A stretch of 42,133 nt of DNA from Bacteroidota bacterium (GTDB taxonomy: Bacteria > Bacteroidota > Bacteroidia > Bacteroidales > UBA1402). Position 1 is the first letter of the stretch; every line of letters begins with the position of its first letter. The stretch spans positions 1-42,133 of the forward strand of contig JAUZOU010000001.1 in NCBI GenBank assembly GCA_030706285.1. The letters run 5' to 3'. The position numbers were made by a program, and so were the translations under genes. Below the pieces are notes generated by a model, which saw nothing but the letters and a program-made list of their open reading frames with translations, was not told where the DNA came from and did not search any database. Below, piece by piece: positions 27,541 through 36,431 of this stretch.

Positions 27541-28998
27541 TTAATAGAGTAACGTTTGAATGGCATGCGGTAAAATGGAGACTTCAGTATTTTTGGTTCC
27601 AACACACAAATTATAACTTATATGTCTGTCACTTTGATTCATGACAACGGTTATAATTTTTCCGTCCGGATTAATGAAAGAGGTAGTCAGTAATTGAATA
27701 CGGTTTGATATGCTACTAATCCGTTTGGCATTTTTTTCAATAAACTTGGAAAAATGGCCAATAAAAAAATACGACGGCGTATAAATCAGCTCACCAGTAT
27801 TCGTATCACCGTGAATGGGAGCAAAACAGTAGTTGTTCGCATGATTCGGCCCTCCTTTTTCATCAAGAAGGATGTTCCAATCAGTCCAGCCTGTTACTCC
27901 ATTATTAAAATCATTGATCATGGAGCGTCCATATTGTTCGCCATTCCCCCAGAATTGTAACTGCTCTTTATTGAATTTTTCCACACAGCCTTCAGTAAAA
28001 ATCAATTTTTTATCCGGATACATTTCATTGACCATTTTGATGTTCCCGAACAGTTGCTCTCCGCTATTCCAGCTTTCATACCAATGGAACCCAATGCCCC
28101 AAACATATTTGGAAGCTTGAGGATCTTCAAGAATCGTAGTTACCCTTTGTGAGATCATATCCCTATTATGATCCCAGATGATAATTTTCTTGCTCCCATA
28201 ACCAGCTTTTGCTAAGGTTGGACCTAAATAGTATTTTAAAAAATCCCTCTCTTCTTCAGCTGTATAAATACAAGATTCCCATCTTTGGGTGGCCATTGGT
28301 TCGTTTTGAACTGTTAATCCCCATATCTGGATGCCCTCTCTTTGGTAACCATCAATAAATTTTTTAACATAATCAGCCCAAGTCTGATAAAAAGCAGGTA
28401 ATAGTTTTCCTCCATTAATCATGTTATTGTTGTCTTTCATAAAAGCTGGAGGGCTCCACGGACTTACATAAACAAGCTCTTTCCCGCCAGCTGTTTCAAT
28501 AGCCCTTTTAATAAATGGAATTTTATATTTTTCATCATGGCCTATATTGAACGTTTTTAATGTTTTATCTCCTTCCTTTACGTAACAATAACTATCAGAA
28601 CTGAAATCACTACTATTAATAGTCGTTCTTATGATTGAATAGCCAATCCCTTTCTCTTTACTATAATACGCTTCCAATAATTCGTTTTGCTTTTCTTTGC
28701 CCAATTTGGCAAAAACTTCCGCACTGGCATCTGTGATAGCGCCTCCAATCCCCATAATGGTTTGAAAGGTTTTCTTTGGATTGACAAAAACGTACGCCTT
28801 TGATTCAAAAAACTGATGTTGCTCTGAAAAGTTTAAGTCATCTGTTTTCGTCAGTCTCAGCGATGTATGATCGGCTGAAGTATATACAACAACGGTTCTA
28901 TTTTTTATTGGAAGACATCGCTGGTTTGACAGATTGGTTTGCTGAGAAAATGCAAAAGAAGAGACAAACAGGATTAGTGATAGAATTGTTTCTTTCAT
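27541..28998 (-). CDS. Glycoside hydrolase family 30 (glucosylceramidase-fold; beta-1,6-glucanase-type)
   Basis: FQTIMGIGGAITDASAEVF, SPWSPPAFMK, WGLTVQNEP (acid/base), LIFTEGC (nucleophile), plus a signal peptide. Confidence 0.85.
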   Translation of the reverse strand: MKETILSLILFVSSFAFSQQTNLSNQRCLPIKNRTVVVYTSADHTSLRLTKTDDLNFSEQHQFFESKAYVFVNPKKTFQTIMGIGGAITDASAEVFAKLGKEKQNELLEAYYSKEKGIGYSIIRTTINSSDFSSDSYCYVKEGDKTLKTFNIGHDEKYKIPFIKRAIETAGGKELVYVSPWSPPAFMKDNNNMINGGKLLPAFYQTWADYVKKFIDGYQREGIQIWGLTVQNEPMATQRWESCIYTAEEERDFLKYYLGPTLAKAGYGSKKIIIWDHNRDMISQRVTTILEDPQASKYVWGIGFHWYESWNSGEQLFGNIKMVNEMYPDKKLIFTEGCVEKFNKEQLQFWGNGEQYGRSMINDFNNGVTGWTDWNILLDEKGGPNHANNYCFAPIHGDTNTGELIYTPSYFFIGHFSKFIEKNAKRISSISNRIQLLTTSFINPDGKIITVVMNQSDRHISYNLCVGTKNTEVSILPHAIQTLLY

Positions 28999-29168
28999 AA
29001 GTGTCTACTTTTTTCATTAATGCTACAAGTTTTCCAGACCATGTTTTACCCATTCTGGATAAACGTCTTGCAAAAGCATACCTGCAGCAGCATGTTTTAA
29101 CGTGATAAAACTGGTTTTACAGCGATTCATCGCCTAAACTGTAAAAAAAGCCCTCACAACTTCATAAG

Positions 29169-29939
29169 TTATTTTTTTTGGTAAACCTTAACCCAGTCAA
29201 CCAACATTACGGCTGGAAAGCAGTTATTGTCGACCACCGGTCCTCCCCAGTCGCCTCCGACGGCTATGTTGAAAATCAGAAAAAATGGTTTGTCAAAAGG
29301 CCAGTTATCTTTATTTTTGATATCCGGTCGGTAACAATAGGATAGTTTATGATCGACATAAAATGAAATAAGATCTTTCGTCCATTCCATTCCATAGATA
29401 TGGTAGGTATTAAAAGGATCTTTTACCTGCAAGATTCCGGTATAAGGTGTCTGTCCGTATCCGGATGAATTATGAATGGAAGTATGAATAAAACCGGGGT
29501 GTTTTCCCACGTGCTCCATAATATCCAGTTCACCGCAGGCAGGCCAACCAACTGCTTGATCGTTTTGTCCCAGCATCCAAAGAGCCGGCCATGTTCCAGT
29601 ACCTTTTGGTAACTTGGCTTTCATTTCAATGATACCGTAGATAAATGTTTTTTTAGATCGAGTATTGATTCGCCCCGATGTGTATTCGCCATTTTTATAG
29701 CGAGCTTCGATTTTCAGCTTGCCTTTTGAAACTTTGACGTTACCACCGTTGGTATAGCGTTGCCATTCATTGTTGACCCAACGAGGATTAGCCGTCTCAT
29801 TAGTCCATGTGGTTGTATCGAGTTCCTTTCCACTGAAATTATCCTGCCAGACCAATCTGTATCCTTTTTTTGATTGCGAAAACGCGCAAACAGAAAAGAA
29901 TACAAACAGGAAAATGCATAAACGAATTTTATATTTCAT
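29169..29939 (-). CDS. Glycoside hydrolase family 16 (laminarinase-type beta-1,3-glucanase)
   Basis: 256 aa with a signal peptide. WPALWMLG and GELDIMEHVG (ExDxxE catalytic motif), in a compact single-domain enzyme. Confidence 0.9.
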   Translation of the reverse strand: MKYKIRLCIFLFVFFSVCAFSQSKKGYRLVWQDNFSGKELDTTTWTNETANPRWVNNEWQRYTNGGNVKVSKGKLKIEARYKNGEYTSGRINTRSKKTFIYGIIEMKAKLPKGTGTWPALWMLGQNDQAVGWPACGELDIMEHVGKHPGFIHTSIHNSSGYGQTPYTGILQVKDPFNTYHIYGMEWTKDLISFYVDHKLSYCYRPDIKNKDNWPFDKPFFLIFNIAVGGDWGGPVVDNNCFPAVMLVDWVKVYQKK

Positions 29940-29972
29940 CTTACTTGGTTGTTTATCTTACTAAAATAATCA

Positions 29973-31445
29973 TCAAAGTTCCTTTACAAATACCTGGCCA
30001 AACCGGTCTGTGACTTTAACAGTGATTTTGGCTTCTGGATCCTGAATGCGTGCCCTAAAAAGATGATGAGTCTCGCCAACACTCAGCCAGGAATACTTTT
30101 TGTTTTTGCCTGGCTGATAGAGCTCATTTGCCAACGGGTCTTTGCCCCAATACCTTTCCATTTCCCCTTTATACACTCCGTTTTCATACCAACAGACTTT
30201 CCACGCCGAATCGTAATTATAGACATTCGCAATGATGCATCCGGGATTTAAAGAATCCGCACCGGCAGGATAAAGTTTAAATTGATCAGACTTATCTACA
30301 TTTAATCCTTTGAAATACCACGAAAGACTATCTCCATCAACAAGATAAACGGTATACCCTTTCGGTGAACCGTCAGTACAGATGTCTCCTTGCCACCAGG
30401 CTCCACAAGCAGCAGCATGAACATGTTCAAAAATGCTAGGTGACACGATTGTATTCCATTGTGTATGACTATGGCCCGCTAAAATATGAGCTTTATAAGG
30501 CAACAATATCTTGTATAAAGCAGACCGGTTCATCACTTCGTTTGATAACAACGTAGAATAGCTGTCTTCATTTTCAGTATCACCATAAACGGTAGGGATA
30601 TGAAGTGATACAACCACTGTGCTGCCAGCTTTTATTTTTGACAGGTCTTTTTCCATCCAACTAAGTTGAGTTTCATCAATGTAACCAAGATACCTGTAGG
30701 AATCCCCATAATAGAACACATCTTTTAACATGATATAATGGACCCGGCCCTTATTAAATGAATAATATGTTGGTCCGAAAGTTGAGGCATACGACTTAGC
30801 CGATAATTCATTTGAACGATTATTATAATCCATATCATGATTACCTATCAGTTGGTAAAATGGCATGCTTGTCTGGGCGATAAGTTGTTTATACCTTTCA
30901 AAAAAATTCAGCCTATCAAAAACATTGTCGCCACAGCTTATACCATGAACAGGAAATTGAGAAGATAAGCCCGCAACTGTTTTATTTACATCGGCCACGA
31001 CCTCTTTTAATAAATCAAATTCTTTTAATTCAATCACTTGAGGGTCTGCCCATACAATAAAAGCATGTTTAAGTTGAGACTGCTTGCAAGGATAAAGCAC
31101 AAAATCGATTTTCTGAGTCTTTTTCATGCTATCTATAGGAGCATAAAATATTGGTAACCCTTCTTTTATGGGCGAATTGTACCCGGAAGGAAGTGAGTAA
31201 TACACATAGTCTCTATCTGACGTAGAGTGCATGGTATAGTTGCCAAATTGATCAGTCTCAACAACCGAAATACCATCAGTCACCACAACCGAAGGGACAG
31301 CCTTTCCATTGCAGGTGATTTTTCCTCTAATTTGCAGTTGCAGCGGATTTGGAGAAGCCAAAAGCGTTAAGGAAAAACACAACAAAGTCAGGCATAACCC
31401 AATAATTCTTTTATTCATAATCCTATTAAATAATCTGAAAGCCAT
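29973..31445 (-). CDS. Secreted calcineurin-like metallophosphoesterase with N-terminal beta-sandwich and C-terminal accessory domain
   Basis: Signal peptide. VWADPQV, CGDNVFD, IGNHDM, LHIP and GHSHTQ are the metallophosphoesterase motif series. About 100 aa precede the catalytic core and about 130 aa follow it. Confidence 0.8.
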   Translation of the reverse strand: MAFRLFNRIMNKRIIGLCLTLLCFSLTLLASPNPLQLQIRGKITCNGKAVPSVVVTDGISVVETDQFGNYTMHSTSDRDYVYYSLPSGYNSPIKEGLPIFYAPIDSMKKTQKIDFVLYPCKQSQLKHAFIVWADPQVIELKEFDLLKEVVADVNKTVAGLSSQFPVHGISCGDNVFDRLNFFERYKQLIAQTSMPFYQLIGNHDMDYNNRSNELSAKSYASTFGPTYYSFNKGRVHYIMLKDVFYYGDSYRYLGYIDETQLSWMEKDLSKIKAGSTVVVSLHIPTVYGDTENEDSYSTLLSNEVMNRSALYKILLPYKAHILAGHSHTQWNTIVSPSIFEHVHAAACGAWWQGDICTDGSPKGYTVYLVDGDSLSWYFKGLNVDKSDQFKLYPAGADSLNPGCIIANVYNYDSAWKVCWYENGVYKGEMERYWGKDPLANELYQPGKNKKYSWLSVGETHHLFRARIQDPEAKITVKVTDRFGQVFVKEL

Positions 31446-31516
31446 TTAGATTCTACAGATAATTGACCTAATAGATCGTTTCTAGAAACTTGTTAATTAA
31501 TCCGCTAAAGAAAAAT

Positions 31517-31548
31517 AAATGGGAGGAGGTATAACTCTCCTCCCATTT
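31517..31548 (-). terminator. Strong hairpin downstream of susD (intra-operon terminator or attenuator)
   Basis: AAATGGGAGGAG (31517-31528), 8-nt loop, CTCCTCCCATTT (31537-31548), a perfect 12-bp stem. On the minus strand it is followed by ATTTATTTTTCTTT. Confidence 0.55.
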
Positions 31549-31591
31549 ATTGTCTATTTTATAAAAATCGCTGTCATACGATTCTTGCCGA

Positions 31592-33118
31592 TCATTGTAA
31601 ATACCAGGGAGTTTTGTTTATTCCATCATACCCACCATACTGATCATCAATCGCCTTTTTGTAATTAACCGGGTTAGAAATCTGTTCATCTGTCGGGTAT
31701 TTCCAACGTTTCGGATAGACTGTCTGATCATCCGGATTCATACTTGTTGTTGGATCAAGGGGAAATTCAGGATAGCCAGTCCTAAGAAAATTGTTATAGG
31801 ATTGTCCGTTCCCCTGAAAGAAATCAATCAACCATCTTTGCATCCATATTTGGTGCAAACGATCCGTTTTGGATCCATTTGTTGCATATGCAGCAGCACC
31901 AGTAAAATAGCCATCAATGTAAGCCTGAGTGATAGGCATTCCATGATTGCCTGTTGCAGCAGAAGGCAAATTCATAAAATAGGTCAGCATGGCTTTAACG
32001 CCGTTTTCATAATAATCCTTTGCATTTCCTGAGACCCAACCTTCCTCTATCGCCTCAGCGATAATAAAACATTGTTCTGCATAGGCATATTTTATCATAG
32101 GATCACCCGCTTTATATTCAACATAGCGTTTATTGATCAAAGAATACATGCCCTTTTGATTATTGAGAGCCAGCAAATCGGCCGATAATTCGGTAGGAGC
32201 GCCTTCATATGCATCAAAATCGGATTCGGATTTTCCTGCATCAATCAAATATTGGGCAGGCTCAGCAAAAATAAACAATCGACGGTCATTGAATTTCTTT
32301 AACGCATCCACCGTCAATTTTGAAACGCCATCATAAATCCGTTCGTATTCTCCATCCCAATATGGATGACTAGAATTGGGATTCTCAGAATAAGTTAATT
32401 GGAAATTGTCATCATTGCTTTCCATCAAATGGCCGGCAGCAACGATTTCTGCAAAACGCGTTTTTTGTTCAGCTGTAATTTTTTTGCTCATCATCTGCAG
32501 CACTTTCAATTGCATAGCATTACAAAGTTTTCGCCATTTTGTAACATCTCCGCCGTACATGATGTCTCCATCAAAATTTACTCCTTTTGCAAAATATTCT
32601 TCAGCCGCTTTAAAATCAGTCAAGACTTCTGCAAATACATCGGCTTGTTTGTCATACTTAGGTTTGAAAATGCCTTCTTCTGCCATACCGGCTTCAGAAT
32701 ATGGAATATCCCCCAAATCCAATGTCGTTGTATAACCGAAATATGCTTTCATAAAGAGCTCTAACCCTTTGTATGATGACTCAAACTGAGTTCCTTTTGA
32801 AAATTCAACCATCCGTTTAAGGTCAGTTAGCATTTTATAACTATATCCCCCATAAGGCCAGTATGAGTAATAATACTGGTAAGGATTTGGGTTTGTTTCA
32901 AGAATGGCCGTATGCTTTGACCATAGGTTTGCTGTTGCCCAATCCGTTGGATTAGGGTTCCAGAATCTGTAGGTATCTTTCAATACTTGAGTAGCAATCA
33001 TTCCAGGTGAAACCGTGGTTGCAGCATCTGGATTCGTATTCAATTCCTCAAAATTGCTACATGAACTCGCAATTGCAAGAGAAATTATTGCTGAAATTAT
33101 TATATATATCTTTTTCAT
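31592..33118 (-). CDS. susD: SusD/RagB-family nutrient-binding outer-membrane lipoprotein
   Basis: 508 aa with lipobox AIASSCSN. It starts 9 nt after the SusC-like gene and has a Trp/Tyr-rich TPR-like sequence ending ...TPWYLQ. Confidence 0.85.
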   Translation of the reverse strand: MKKIYIIISAIISLAIASSCSNFEELNTNPDAATTVSPGMIATQVLKDTYRFWNPNPTDWATANLWSKHTAILETNPNPYQYYYSYWPYGGYSYKMLTDLKRMVEFSKGTQFESSYKGLELFMKAYFGYTTTLDLGDIPYSEAGMAEEGIFKPKYDKQADVFAEVLTDFKAAEEYFAKGVNFDGDIMYGGDVTKWRKLCNAMQLKVLQMMSKKITAEQKTRFAEIVAAGHLMESNDDNFQLTYSENPNSSHPYWDGEYERIYDGVSKLTVDALKKFNDRRLFIFAEPAQYLIDAGKSESDFDAYEGAPTELSADLLALNNQKGMYSLINKRYVEYKAGDPMIKYAYAEQCFIIAEAIEEGWVSGNAKDYYENGVKAMLTYFMNLPSAATGNHGMPITQAYIDGYFTGAAAYATNGSKTDRLHQIWMQRWLIDFFQGNGQSYNNFLRTGYPEFPLDPTTSMNPDDQTVYPKRWKYPTDEQISNPVNYKKAIDDQYGGYDGINKTPWYLQ

Positions 33119-33127
33119 AGCCTTTTA

Positions 33128-36100
33128 TTAAAATGTTACTTTAATATTTCCTCCAAGGTATCTAACAGATGGATCAGAAAAATCTTCTATACCTCCGTCA
33201 GGATCAGAATATTTGAAATCCTTAGCCCATAAAAAGACGTTCTGTCCTACAAAACTGATAGATGTAGCCTTAGCTATACCATGTAAAAATCTGCTTGGAA
33301 CATTGTAGGTTAAAGACAATTCACGTAATTTGAAGAATGTTTTAGAATAAGTATCTGCAGGGCTTCCTGCTCCACCCCAGGCACTACTGTTATGCAAATC
33401 AATGATATATTGCTTATAGGTGGTTGCCACATCATTGGGCTCAAAAACACGGGTATCACTGGTAATGTTGCCATCCTGATCATATGTAGCCGTACCTGAT
33501 ACGACTTTTACACCCTGTCCAATAAAGTTTTTAGAACCTGGCGTAGCAACATCCAATTCTCTGGCTTTTGTAAGAGATTTTGGATGAACACCAGCTTGCC
33601 ACATATAACTCTCAGTTCTTGTATTCATAAGTCCACCGACAACACCGTCAAATGAGGCAAACAAACTGAAATTCTTATATCTTAAGGTTGTATTTAAACC
33701 CCAGATCCAATCAGGATCTGTCCAACCAAAGTTTGAATCATACTGACTATATTGAAGTCTTCCATTATTGAATACCAGATTTCCGGATGGATCACGTACA
33801 AAATCTTTACTTACTAACGCATCAACCCGTTCTCCGACTTTAACCCATGGCTTTTTGCTTGAGTAGGTTGCGTCCAGTTTTGTATAAACCCGTTTGTAGG
33901 TTGACCAGTTACCGCCTAGATCCCATTGCCAATCTTTGTTTTTAATTGGGGAGCCATTAACAGCTACTTCCCAGCCACGACGGGATATTTCTTCGTCCGT
34001 ATTAATATAGTTGCCAGTATATCCGGTAGCACCCGATAAGGTTGCAGCTTCCAAAAAGTCGTACATGTGTTTATCGTAGTAGGATAGATCGACCATCAAC
34101 CGGTCTTTTAAGACCATGCCTTGCAAACCGACCTCAAATGTATTGGCACTTTCTGGCAGGATATTTGAACCGTACAAGTTACTTGGCGCACTGGCACCAT
34201 TCATTGTACCCCATGTACCGCTATTAATTGTAAAAGCGCTGTTGACTGCATAAATTTCGGGGGGCGTTTTTGACATGGTCCAGGAGCTTCTAACTTTCAA
34301 CAGATCCAGCCAATCCTTTGTCCCAGGCATAAGCTCTGAAACTACAAAGCTTCCAGCGACAGATGGATAAAAGTACGACCGAGTCGTTTCCGGTAATGTT
34401 GAACTCCAGTCGTTACGACCAGTTGCTTCTAAAAAAGCCATGTTGTTCCAGGATAATGAAACACGGCCATATAACGAATTCACCTGTTCTGCTTCTGTAC
34501 TTTGTGATACATATGGTGTATTGACAGATGCCTTCAGAGAGAAGAAACCAGGGACAGAGATGCCGCCTACTGTATTCGCATAAATATTATCATCTTTCTT
34601 GTAATAAATCGTTCCACCAGCCAGGTAATCTATCACGAACTTACTGATAGACTTATCTCCTGTTAACAGGAAATCGCTATTCATACTAAATCCTTGATTT
34701 TGTCCTGTATTATAACACCCAGTCCATGCACCGTTCCATGTCCAAGGATTACCGGGAATACCTGTATTACCCGTTGATGTATAAGAGCCCCATGAAACCC
34801 TTTGATCTCCACGATCTGTGTAAAAATCAAGTCCTGAACGAAGACTGGCTTTCAACCATTTTGCGATTTGATAACTTGATGAAACATCAGCATTGAAAAT
34901 ATCACGAGACACTTCATTTGTTCTTTCATATCTGTCAAAATAAGGGTTGTTTGATCCTGACCGGTACGTATAATTCTGTACTTCGCCTTTTTTCAACCAA
35001 TAATTATTCTTATAATCCAAAATGTTAAAATCAGAGCCTGACCAAATCAGTAAAGAGTACATAGGGTCATAGGAAGTATAACCATTAGATCCCAAATTTG
35101 GTGTATGTTTTTTAGCATACGATAAATTTGAACTCAGTTTGAATTTATCTAAATTGATATCACCGCCAAAAGTATACGTAAATTTATCCAATTTGGAATT
35201 CGGATACTGTCCTTTGTTTTCTGTCCAGTTAATGGAGCTTCTCAAAGAAACATTTTCCTTTTTGTATCCAACATTAAAATTGTTATTCGTTACATAACCT
35301 TGTTCCAGAAAATTTTTAAAATTGTTTTTACCAACAGGCAGATAAGCGTAATCCCTATATTCCATCAAATTAGGATCCCATTGGTTCTGAATTGAGCCGT
35401 CCATCTTTTGCCCCCATGATGAATCCGAGTTCTTATCATAGGTATTGTTACTACCGCGGCCATATACACTTTGCTTTTCAGGAATAGCCAAAAATCCGGC
35501 AGTAAACATGGTATTCGTTGTGAATTCTGCCGTCAAACCTCCTTTATTGGCGCTGCCGTTTTTGGTTGTTACCAAGATGGCTCCGTTTGCGCCACGAAAG
35601 CCATAAAGAGCCGAGGCTGTAGCGCCCTTCAAAACACTCATTGATTCGATATCTTCAGAAGAGATATCACTAAGCGTTTTATTGGCATATGCCACTCCGT
35701 CAATGACCAACAGAGGAGTTTCTCCACGAATGGAGAGAACTGGAGTAACACCAAAATCCGGTGAATTCTTAACCAAAAGTCCAGCAACTTTACCAGTCAG
35801 TGATGTCGTAACATCAACTCCAGATACTTTTTGCAGACTCTCCCCTGAGACTTTCTGGACAGAATAGCCCAAGGCTTTTTCAGAACGTTTGATACCCAAT
35901 GCCGTCACGACTACTTCATCAACGCTTTTTGCATCTTCCATCATGGTGACATTTATTTTTGATTTGCCAGCCACTGAAATAGACTGCCCTTTCATCCCTA
36001 TAAAAGAAAACTTTAGCGTGGCATTTGACGGCGCTTTGATGGAATAAATTCCTTCAGGATTGGTAACTGTCCCAAATTTAGTTCCTTGAACCATGACACT

Positions 36101-36271
36101 GACTCCTGGTAAAGGCGCCCCATTACTATCTTTAACCGTTCCACTTATTTGACTGTTTTGCGCATACAGTGATGAACTGACAAGCAGCAATCCAAATACT
36201 AAGAAATAACTAAGAAAGAAATGCCATTTTGCAAGATTCTTCCTCCTTTTTAAAATGATTTTCATAAGCAT
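33128..36271 (-). CDS. susC: SusC/RagA-family TonB-dependent outer-membrane transporter (no STN signalling domain visible)
   Basis: 1047 aa. Signal peptide, carboxypeptidase-regulatory-like ISGTVKDSNGAPLPGVSVMVQGT, plug (VVVTALGIKRSEKALGYS...), a long barrel, and a C-terminal ...YLGGNIKVTF. Confidence 0.95.
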   Translation of the reverse strand: MLMKIILKRRKNLAKWHFFLSYFLVFGLLLVSSSLYAQNSQISGTVKDSNGAPLPGVSVMVQGTKFGTVTNPEGIYSIKAPSNATLKFSFIGMKGQSISVAGKSKINVTMMEDAKSVDEVVVTALGIKRSEKALGYSVQKVSGESLQKVSGVDVTTSLTGKVAGLLVKNSPDFGVTPVLSIRGETPLLVIDGVAYANKTLSDISSEDIESMSVLKGATASALYGFRGANGAILVTTKNGSANKGGLTAEFTTNTMFTAGFLAIPEKQSVYGRGSNNTYDKNSDSSWGQKMDGSIQNQWDPNLMEYRDYAYLPVGKNNFKNFLEQGYVTNNNFNVGYKKENVSLRSSINWTENKGQYPNSKLDKFTYTFGGDINLDKFKLSSNLSYAKKHTPNLGSNGYTSYDPMYSLLIWSGSDFNILDYKNNYWLKKGEVQNYTYRSGSNNPYFDRYERTNEVSRDIFNADVSSSYQIAKWLKASLRSGLDFYTDRGDQRVSWGSYTSTGNTGIPGNPWTWNGAWTGCYNTGQNQGFSMNSDFLLTGDKSISKFVIDYLAGGTIYYKKDDNIYANTVGGISVPGFFSLKASVNTPYVSQSTEAEQVNSLYGRVSLSWNNMAFLEATGRNDWSSTLPETTRSYFYPSVAGSFVVSELMPGTKDWLDLLKVRSSWTMSKTPPEIYAVNSAFTINSGTWGTMNGASAPSNLYGSNILPESANTFEVGLQGMVLKDRLMVDLSYYDKHMYDFLEAATLSGATGYTGNYINTDEEISRRGWEVAVNGSPIKNKDWQWDLGGNWSTYKRVYTKLDATYSSKKPWVKVGERVDALVSKDFVRDPSGNLVFNNGRLQYSQYDSNFGWTDPDWIWGLNTTLRYKNFSLFASFDGVVGGLMNTRTESYMWQAGVHPKSLTKARELDVATPGSKNFIGQGVKVVSGTATYDQDGNITSDTRVFEPNDVATTYKQYIIDLHNSSAWGGAGSPADTYSKTFFKLRELSLTYNVPSRFLHGIAKATSISFVGQNVFLWAKDFKYSDPDGGIEDFSDPSVRYLGGNIKVTF

Positions 36272-36431
36272 TAATTTAAAGTGAGCAATTAGATTTTAAT
36301 TACGCTATTCTGTACATTTTATCACTTTATAAAAAAATTAAAAAACAGTCATCATTCAATTGACCATAAATCACAGGTTCTCCAAACAGTTTAGTTTTCT
36401 CGCTTTGCCATTCTGATTTTAAGCAAAAAAA

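Noticed and set aside
36301-36320. CTGTACATTTTATCAC in the ARH-susC spacer as a possible third copy of the GTGTAnnnTTCACAC motif
   Set aside because: The register does not align (the GTGT/ACAC dyad is not preserved). The resemblance is superficial.
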